16,730 nucleotides of DNA, taken from positions 270,848 through 287,577 of the forward strand of contig BCKQ01000011.1 in NCBI GenBank assembly GCA_001600695.1, read 5' to 3'. The notes beneath the pieces are model-generated. The model was given only the letters and a program-made list of their open reading frames with translations, was not told the origin of the DNA and did no database searches. Of this stretch, positions 1 to 8,529 are shown in pieces. Position 1 is the first letter of the stretch, and every line of letters starts with the position of its first letter. Made by a program: the position numbers and the translations under genes. Source of the DNA: Ascoidea asiatica JCM 7603 (taxonomy: Eukaryota; Fungi; Ascomycota).

Positions 1-2
1 CT

Positions 3-2246
3 TTTGGTTTAGTCAATGGTACTTATACCTTTCAATCATTTATGATGAAAATTTTAGGCCACCTACCTTATGTTATGGTTTATGTTGATGATATAATTAT
101 TTACAGCCATAATAAAGAAGATCATATTGATCAAGTTAATGAGGTCTTTACTCAACTTAAAAAAGAAAAACTGCAATTAAACGTGAAGAGGTCAAAATTC
201 TTTTGCAAAGAAGTTAAATTTTTAGGACATATTGTTTTTTTAGAAGGAATCAAAACTGATCCTACAAAGATCGAGAAAATCTTACATTGGCCATTACCAA
301 AATCAATTACTTATATAAGAGGTTTCATTAACTTATGGTCATATTACCGAGAATTTATCTCAAATTTTTCTCAACAAATGATCCCACTTACAGATTTATT
401 GTTTGGGTCTCCTAAACCAGGAACAAAAATTGAATTAAAACCTTCTCAAATTGAATGCTTTACATCAATAAAAGAAACATTAACTACTGCTCCTGTTTTA
501 AAAGCATTTGATCCTGAGAGCGTTGCAATTTTAGAAACTGATGCTTCTGACTTTGCTTTAGGTTGTGTATTACTCCAACCCTATAAAAATGAGAACACTG
601 GAAACATCCAATTATATCCTGTTGCTTTTGAATCAAGAAAATTTTCAAAAACACAACAAAAGTATGCTGCTCAAGAGAGAGAACTTTTAGCTGTGGTTCA
701 TTCATTGATTCATTTTCACAAATATATTGAAGGATGCAAAATTATTGTTAGAACCGATCATGAATCTCTTCAATATAGTAGAACTAAATCAGATCCTGGA
801 AAAAGAGTTAGGAAATTCACTGAAATCATTGAACATTATGATTGTGATATTCAATATAAGCCTGGGAAACAAAATGTGGTTCCTGATTTACTATCAAGAA
901 GGACTGATTTGGTTGATGAAAAAGCAAATGAGACATTAATGAAAATTGATGAACTTAATGAAACTGAAACTCAGATCAAAACAATCAAAATAATTAAGGA
1001 TTTGTGTGAAGTCGATCTTATTAGAATTAAAGAATTTTTTCAAAATAAAGAAATTCCTAAAAATATGAGTTCTAGATTTATCTTTGCTAACTTTATTTTC
1101 TATGATAATGAACTACATATTAGAATCAATGATCGTTTAGCTATTGTTTTAAGTGAAGATAAGTTTAAGGAAGTCTCTGAAAAAGTTCATCTTTCAAATG
1201 CTCACTGTTCCATTGGAAATCTAGAAAACATGGTAAATAAAAAAGACTTTCATCCTGATGGTATTCTATTATTTCAAGAAGTTATTAGAGTTTGTCCTTA
1301 TTGTCAGCTTATAAAAAAGCCATCACCTATTTCTAAGACATTAACTCCAATTCCTTCTGCAACAGCCTTCTCAAGATGGGGGATGGATTATATTGGTCCT
1401 TTTCAAAAAACTTCATCTGGAAATAAATTTTGTAACACTGCAATTGATTATGGTACAAATTATGCTTATGCTGTTGCAACACCAGATACTGGCTCGTTAC
1501 CTATTTTAAATTTAATTCAAACTAACGTCACTAACCATCGTCAAATGAAAGAAATAATAATGAATAATGGTTCTGGTTTTGTTGCAAATAATGTTATTGA
1601 GAAATTAGATTCCTTAGGAATCAAATGTCGCAAAACCACTCCATATTACCCAGAGACTAATGGTAAATGTGAGAAGTTTAATGGTTTATTCAAACAAATT
1701 TTATTTCATTTGAATGTTTCCTCAGAATGGGACCTCCTTATCAATGCTACATTAATTCAATACAGGCCAAGAAAGTCAAAATATGGGTTTTCACCTTACG
1801 TTTGAGGTTTTGGTGTATATTCAAGTTCAAGCAATAATATGCAACCCTATACAAGAGAATCTAGAGATGCCGAGGATCAAGAAGCTACTCAGTTAAGAGT
1901 CTTACAAATTGAAAAGCTAAATAAAAAAAGAAAGGAACATTCCAAAATTAAATGGAACATTGCAAATACCAAAAGTAACTTTCAAAAAGTCAAAGCAGTC
2001 AATAAAGTTTTTGAAGTAGGTGATTATGTTTTAAGACAAAGAGTTAGAAAACAAAAATTTGAACCATATTATGATGGTCCACATTATGTGACAAAGGTTT
2101 TTGATAATAATGTTTACAAACTTTCTATTTTAAACGGTGCTGATATTAGAAATAAAGTAAATGATAATAGATTAATTCCTGTTGGACTGACGATAAGCAT
2201 CCAATTAAAATTTGTTCAATCATTCTTGAAAATTACGCAATGGTGA
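3..2246 (+). pseudogene. pol: Disrupted retrotransposon pol (reverse transcriptase, RNase H, integrase with GPY/F-like C-terminus)
   Basis: The frame is open from nt 3 (FGLVNGTYTFQ, a PFGLxNAPATFQ-like motif). Motifs seen: YVDD, FLGH, RNase H ETDAS / ERELLA / RTDH / DLLSR, integrase H-H-C-C (VHLSNAH...CPYC), MDYIGP, NGKCE, and the FEVGDYVL...DGPH module. ORFs 42-1805 and 1839-2246 are in the same frame, split by a single TGA at 1803-1805. Confidence 0.93.
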
Positions 2247-2287
2247 TAGATCAAAGTTAACTAAAATTTCAAGGACCATTGATTTGT

Positions 2288-2298
2288 AAATAGGGATA
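2288..2298 (+). other. Degenerate polypurine tract
   Basis: AAATAGGGATA lies just after the pol end and just before TG at 2301/2305, the expected PPT position. Confidence 0.45.
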
Positions 2299-2300
2299 TT

Positions 2301-2846
2301 TGACTGTTAATTATTTTATTCTTTTATTGGAACTGTCTTCGAATATTTTAGGCTGTTCTTAGACTTTCTAAGATTGCATAGATTGATCTACGACTACATT
2401 CTATTTTGTTCTCAGAACCGTTTTGTGCATCTTGAATGTACTAGAACGTTCTGGGTTTGCATTATTGATTCTTTATTCTATATTCTGTGTGCATTTCGAA
2501 TGTACTGAAATCTTTGTGGTTTTTCTTAGAATGACGTAGTGTCTTCTAGAACAATACTTTATTTTATTTTTTTTCTTAAGTAGGGGAAGTGAACTTTCAC
2601 AGTACAAATTTATTCTTAAGATGGGTTACCCGCTCCTATTTTCTACTAATATAAACAGGGCACTTACCTCCCATATTTTTTATATAATTTTTATATATTT
2701 TATATTTTAATTAACAATTGTTTTTAATTTGAATTAGATATCTTCTTAGTAATAATTAGATATTTCGTTCGAACTACAATCAGTGCTAAACCCCATACTT
2801 CTCACTGTTCTCCGTCCATAAATCCCTTTCTTACTTAATTCTGACA
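2301..2846 (+). repeat. Probable 3' LTR (boundaries uncertain; alternative 2305-2716)
   Basis: Begins TG after the PPT, has internal ~35 bp direct repeats, a TATAAA near 2650, and a C-rich U5-like part ending CTGACA at 2846. The alternative limits have a 9 bp terminal inverted repeat TGTTAATTA/TAATTAACA. No second LTR is in the window to confirm either. Confidence 0.55.
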
Positions 2847-3210
2847 CGCATTGCTTACTGAAAATTATCATTACCGTTACTCACTCTCGCAATATTATTA
2901 ATGAAGTTTTTTTTCATATTTATCATCATTCACTTAACCTTACCACTTTAAAGCTACTACGATTTCTAATTCATACGAAATATCTAAATATCACTCACCA
3001 CTTTTATTTCAATTTCTATCCTTAATTTTAGTAATTTTAATAAAACTTTGATAATTTCAACTCAGTAATGCTTGATTTTTTATTATTTATTTAATTAATT
3101 AATCAATTATCCTAAAATCATATTTATTCATCTATTTATATACTTATTTACTTTTTAATTTATTCATTTACTCATCTATTTATTATTAGTAAATATATTC
3201 TTTTTTAAAA

Positions 3211-5331
3211 ATGGCTCCAATAATTGAAAATCAATCAAGTAATTCAACTTTATGGGATAAAACAACAAATTTTATAACTCAACATAAAACTGCTTTAGCT
3301 GTATCTGCAATTGTAGCAACAAGTGCAACTGGTGCTTATATTTATTTAAATAATCCAAAATTTAATAAAGATAATAAAGATAAATTAAATGATTCAACTA
3401 CCAATTCAAATTCAAATTCTCCATTAAGTAAAACTGCAAAAAAAAATAAAAAAAAAAAATTAAAAAGAAAAGCAGCTAAAAAAGATAATTTAAATCAATC
3501 AAATTCAGATTTAAATGATTCAACAAATAATTTAATAAATTATCCAACTGATGAAAAAAATTTACCAAATTTATCTGATGAATTTATTTTAAATTTAAAT
3601 AATGATAATAAATTAAAAATTGCAATACAATTAAAAGAAGATGGTAATACTAAATTTTCTGAAAAAAATTATAATAATGCTTTAATATATTATACAAATG
3701 CTTTAAAATTAAAAAAAGATCCAATTTTTTATTCAAATAGATCTGCATGTTATTCTGCTTTAAATTTAAATCAACAAGTTATTGATGATACAACTCAAGC
3801 TTTAATTTTAAAACCGGATTATACAAAATGTTTATTAAGAAGAGCAATAGCTTATGAAAAATTAAGTAAATTTGTAAATGCAATGTATGATTTAACTGCT
3901 TTAACAATTTATGATGGTTTTAAAAATAAAGCTGTTGAACCAATTTTAGAAAGAATTTTAAAAAAACATTCTGTTGATATAGTTCAAAAAAAAATGTTAA
4001 AAAAAATTCCAAATTTACCAACAGCTTCTTCAATTTGTTCATTTTTTGGAGCTTTTAAAGCTGAATTTAATAATTTAAATCAATTTATTAATTTAAATGA
4101 AAATGATGATAAATCTGGTGATTATTATTTATATCAAGCTTTAAAAAATTTAAATTTAAATACTCCTGAATCTTATGAATTAGCTGATTCTTTTTTTAAT
4201 AAATCTGCTGAAGCTTATACTAAATCTTTAGGTTTATCTCTATCTGATGATGATGATGATGATGAAGATAAAGTAATTGATTCAAAAGACGAATCAAAAG
4301 ATGATTCTAAAGTTGATTCAAAAGAAAAAGAATCTAATGTTGAATCAAAAGAAGAAACAAAGGTTGAATCTGATAAAAAAGATGAAGAATTAAAAGAACC
4401 AACTTCTCCAGAATCTTCTTCTGTTGTTATTGTTGATGATTCTTTAATTAAAGATCAAAAAAAAAATGCTTCAATTGCTTTTGAATATTTAGCTGCAATG
4501 AAATTCCTTAAAAATCAATCAACTGATGCTTTAGTAGATTTAGATAAATCAATAAAATTATGTCCAAGATCAAAATCTTATATTTTAAAATCTTTAATTG
4601 CTGCTGATAAAGCTGATTTTGATCAAGCAAATAAATTCTTTGATGATGCTTTAAAATTAGATTCAAATAATCCTGATGTTTATTATCATAAAGGTCAAAT
4701 GTTTTATTTAACTGGTGATTTATTACATGCAGAAACTGAATTTAATAAAGCAAGAGATTTAAATCCAACTAATGTTTATGCTCATATTCAATTAGCTTGT
4801 ATAGCTTATAGAAATGGTAAAATTTCTGATGCAACTGATCAATTTAAAAAAGCAACTGAGAAATTTCCTGATTGTCCAGAAATTCCTAATTATTATGGTG
4901 AAATTTTAGCTGATAGAGGTGAAACTGAAAAAGCAATTGAACAATTTGATTTATCTTCAAATTTACAAAAAAAATCTGATCAAGTTACAATTGGTATTGT
5001 ACCTTTAATTAATAAAGCAACTTTATTATCAAGAGTACCTGAAAAATTAGAAGAAGCAACAAAATTATTAGAAGAAGCTTGTGAAACTGATTCAAAATCT
5101 GAATTAGCTAGAATTACTTTAGCTCAAATTCGTTTACAACAAAATAAAATTAATGATGCAATTAAATTATTTGAAGAAAGTGCAGAATTAGCAAGAAATT
5201 TTGATGAAAAAGTTCAAGCAATTTCTTTTGCAGAAGCTGCAAAAATGCAATTAGAAATTCAAAAAAATCCCATTCTTTCTGCTAAAGTTCAAGAAATGTT
5301 ACAATCACTTGGTGCTGTACCCCCATCATAA
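3211..5331 (+). CDS. TOM70: Mitochondrial outer-membrane import receptor Tom70 (TPR protein)
   Basis: 706 aa. N-terminal signal anchor (ALAVSAIVATSATGAYIYL), basic linker, clamp TPRs (LKEDGN...FYSNRSACY...PDYTKCLLRRA), and C-terminal TPRs (YYHKGQM, HIQLACIAYR, EKVQAISFAEAAK). Confidence 0.96.
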   Translation: MAPIIENQSSNSTLWDKTTNFITQHKTALAVSAIVATSATGAYIYLNNPKFNKDNKDKLNDSTTNSNSNSPLSKTAKKNKKKKLKRKAAKKDNLNQSNSDLNDSTNNLINYPTDEKNLPNLSDEFILNLNNDNKLKIAIQLKEDGNTKFSEKNYNNALIYYTNALKLKKDPIFYSNRSACYSALNLNQQVIDDTTQALILKPDYTKCLLRRAIAYEKLSKFVNAMYDLTALTIYDGFKNKAVEPILERILKKHSVDIVQKKMLKKIPNLPTASSICSFFGAFKAEFNNLNQFINLNENDDKSGDYYLYQALKNLNLNTPESYELADSFFNKSAEAYTKSLGLSLSDDDDDDEDKVIDSKDESKDDSKVDSKEKESNVESKEETKVESDKKDEELKEPTSPESSSVVIVDDSLIKDQKKNASIAFEYLAAMKFLKNQSTDALVDLDKSIKLCPRSKSYILKSLIAADKADFDQANKFFDDALKLDSNNPDVYYHKGQMFYLTGDLLHAETEFNKARDLNPTNVYAHIQLACIAYRNGKISDATDQFKKATEKFPDCPEIPNYYGEILADRGETEKAIEQFDLSSNLQKKSDQVTIGIVPLINKATLLSRVPEKLEEATKLLEEACETDSKSELARITLAQIRLQQNKINDAIKLFEESAELARNFDEKVQAISFAEAAKMQLEIQKNPILSAKVQEMLQSLGAVPPS

Positions 5332-6179
5332 TCAAATTAAATTTAATATAAATAAAAATTCTGAAATAAGTATAAAAATTAAAAAAAAATCAATTAATAT
5401 TAATCTTAATAAAACTATTAATATTAATGTTAACAATAATAATAATAATAAAATTAATAGTAATAAAAATACAGATATTCATTTTATTGGTTTAAAAAAA
5501 GATTTAAAGAAAAATTTCATTGATATATCCTCTTATTTTTTTTTCATATTTTATTATTTAATATTTGTTTGTTATGTTTTATATCAAAGATCAAAATATT
5601 TATTAACTTATAAAGAAAAAAATAAAAATATAAAATAAAAAAAATGAACTCTCAAAATTTGATTTTAAATTCTTATTCTTTTGTGTGCTAACTGGATTTT
5701 TCATTTTTTTCGATATTCATCTGCTTGATTTTTTTGTTTTTTTTCAATTAGTTTCAATTTGTTTCATTCTATTTTCGAATTTAAAAATATTATTTTAGGT
5801 TTTTTTATTTATTTCATTTTTTTTCATCATTTTTGTCATTTTGTTTATGTTTTTTTATTTAATTTGTTTTAATGATTCATAAAATTTAAAACTATGAGTT
5901 CATTATTTCAATTTTATGAATATTTTTTACCCTATCACTTCACTTTCATTAATTGATTTACATTTCTGCTTTATTAGTGGATAATTTCATCATTAAATAT
6001 TATTAAACTATCTTGTACATAAATATATATATATATATTGAATGAATAAAAGCAGAATTTCACTTTTTATGGGAAATGTAGATTGAGAAGTGAAAAAAAA
6101 TAAAAAAATCGTTAACTATTTACATTATGTACAAAGAATTAAGTTAATTTCTTTTTTTTTCAAATGAAAATTTTTATAA

Positions 6180-6680
6180 TTATTTACTTCTTAAACCACC
6201 TCTTTTCTCTAAAAAGTCTTTGGCTTCATTGATTTTCGTAGCTAAATATGGACTACCACCTTTATCTGGATGATTTAATAACATAATTCTTCTATGACTT
6301 TCTTTTAATTTTGTTTTAGTTAAAGTACTTTCTCTTAAATTTAATATCTGTAATGCTTCTTTTGCAGCCATTTTATTACCAAAACCACCTTTAAAAAAAG
6401 GTTTACCATGAAGACCAGGTTGTTTAGATTTGAATAATCCAGCAGCAAAATAAGCAGCAGTAAAACCTCCAAGAACACTTAAATATGGATGTGCTGAAGC
6501 AGTATCAACTATCTGATCGAAATAATAATCTGCAGTTCCTTTTTCTGGTTTTTTAATATCTTGAGTTGGATGTGCACCAAAATTTTGCCTTTGATAATTA
6601 GCATATAAGTTCTGCTGTTCTCTTAAATCATCATCAAGAATCTCTTCCTGACTTTTTATATTGCTATGTGGTATATCCAT
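6180..6680 (-). CDS. PAM18: Mitochondrial import motor J-protein Pam18/Tim14
   Basis: 166 aa. One hydrophobic segment, then FFKGGF...EALQILNL...HRRIMLLNHPDKGGSPYLATKINEAKDFL. Confidence 0.95.
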   Translation of the reverse strand: MDIPHSNIKSQEEILDDDLREQQNLYANYQRQNFGAHPTQDIKKPEKGTADYYFDQIVDTASAHPYLSVLGGFTAAYFAAGLFKSKQPGLHGKPFFKGGFGNKMAAKEALQILNLRESTLTKTKLKESHRRIMLLNHPDKGGSPYLATKINEAKDFLEKRGGLRSK

Positions 6681-6815
6681 TTTGTTTATGTATAGTTGTT
6701 AAATTTTTCAATTATTGGAAATAAGAAAGTTTGTTTAATATAAAATAATACTCTAATATCACTTTAATAATCTCAACCCTCTTGAATAATATGGAAGGTG
6801 AAAAAAAAAAGTGAA

Positions 6816-6823
6816 CACGTGAC
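6816..6823 (-). promoter_or_regulatory. Cbf1-type E-box (GTCACGTG) upstream of PAM18
   Basis: Exact RTCACGTG about 135 bp upstream of the PAM18 start, next to a poly(A) tract. Confidence 0.5.
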
Positions 6824-7825
6824 AATATATAGCTTTTTATTGTAAATATAAGTTTCTATTTAAAATTTGTATAAAACCTGTAATTCAAAGGTAATTGTTC
6901 ATACTAAAAACTAAATTAGCTTTCAAAGATGCCAGTTTATTAAGTAAATTATATATTATGGAAAATCTTAATAGTAAAATCCTTAGATAGAACTCTTTAC
7001 TTTTTAATTTTAAATATTTTATTCTTAATTTCAAGAACTGATCTAATTCATTAATATTAATTTAAATGATAAAATAGTTTAAAATGGCTTAAAGACTTTA
7101 AAAGCAAATGAAGAGAAAAAGTTATCAATTTTGTTGAGAAAATAAGAAAATTTTACTTCTTACAATCTTTTAGAAACGAAATATTCTATTATTCTGTATT
7201 TTAGTGTTTCTTGATATCTTAAAATGTTTAAATATTTTGAAGAATGAAGAATTTATGAAAATAAGTCACGGAAACAAAATTTTTTAAATACATTATCATA
7301 AATTCCAATATTAATTCAAACTATTTTTTATTTCAATTCTTTTTAGTAAAACTTAAGGATGTGATAGTAACTGATTGAAAAATTGTATTTAACAAATTTA
7401 ATCCTATGAAGTTCAATTGATTAGATTACATAACTTTGAGATTTTATCTTTTGAATACATTCTGAAATTAATTTCTCAAGATTTAAAAACTGCTTTTCAT
7501 GAAGTTTATAAAAATAATAGTGATATTGAAATGATTTGAATCTAAAACTTTTAAATCTTAGTGATTTTGATGATAAATGTGAATCTCAATTTTAGTACCA
7601 ATTATTTCAATTATTTTTATTGTTTGAATCGATAAGATAATAAGATAGAAATATTAAGATATCTGATCTTTAACCTTTATTGACCTATCAAACAAAAATG
7701 CTTCACTGTTTTAGTGAGTGGAGTGTAAATTTACAGTTCAAGTTAACTTACCAAACTTTTCGGAGAACTTTGTTGCCGGACACCGTAAAAAAACAAAAAG
7801 AACCTAACCAGAACAATGGGTGTGG

Positions 7826-7833
7826 CACGTGAC
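7826..7833 (-). promoter_or_regulatory. Cbf1-type E-box (GTCACGTG)
   Basis: Exact motif inside a small GC-enriched patch, abutting TGGGTGTGG. Confidence 0.4.
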
Positions 7834-8529
7834 TATGAATAGTTGGATACAGAGTGAAAAAAGGTAAAAGGTAGAAAAGATGGAATAATTTTTAATTCGT
7901 CAAAAAAACATAACTAGGATATGCTTAAAGGAATTAAATTCTTTTAGGCATAATTCCAATAGGGACAATTGTAAATAGGATCATATTCGAAAAAAGTCTT
8001 TTTTTCACTATGCTTTTAAAAAATAGAGTTATTTTCTGTCAAAATTTTGAAAAATAAAAGGGAATATTCATGAAAAAATTCAAAGAAATTTTCAAATAAA
8101 TAGGGATATTTTAATAACAGAACATTATGGAAGAAAAAGTAAAATAATCAATAAGGAATTCTATTAAAATGTATCTTTTCTAGTTGATTGAATTAAAAGA
8201 AATTTAGAAAACACCTCAAAGAGAAATCATCTTCAGTGTCTTTCGAATCTTCTTACTCTTCGATTTTGAATAAGAATAATTTAAACGATAAATAATTGTC
8301 ACCAAAATGCCAAAGGAATCCAACAAAAGTGAATGAACAGCAATACCAAAACATTCATTCATTTATTTATTTATTTTTTCACTTGATCAATTCTTTTCCA
8401 AGAACTAATTAGAAAAGATAAACATTTGGAATCTTGAATTAGTCGTAGTTTTTTATACTGTACGGAACCGGAAATATAAAAAAATCCCGAAAGTTGTTAT
8501 TGTAACTAAAATCACTTAAAAAACCACTT

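Larger units (their letters stand above)
1..2846 (+). mobile_element. Ty3/gypsy LTR retrotransposon, 3' portion (pol + PPT + probable 3' LTR); 5' part lies outside the window; probably non-autonomous
   Basis: Domain order RT-RNase H-integrase is diagnostic of Ty3/gypsy. It is followed by a purine-rich tract and a TG...CA-bounded noncoding block. The right boundary is inferred. Confidence 0.9.

Noticed and set aside
484-939. Short ORFs 484-705 (-) and 727-939 (+)
   Set aside because: Alternative-frame shadows of pol with no recognisable motifs.
5309-5638. 109 aa ORF overlapping the TOM70 stop
   Set aside because: I/N/K/F low-complexity translation of an AT-rich 3' region.
6816-7833. Point centromere suggested by CDEI-like GTCACGTG motifs near AT-rich DNA
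   Set aside because: No CDEII-length AT tract followed by a CDEIII CCGAA motif in the correct orientation and spacing.
8097-8111. 15 bp exact match (TAAATAGGGATATTT) to the retrotransposon PPT region at 2287-2301
   Set aside because: Homology does not extend into LTR sequence, and such a match is plausible by chance in DNA this AT-rich.
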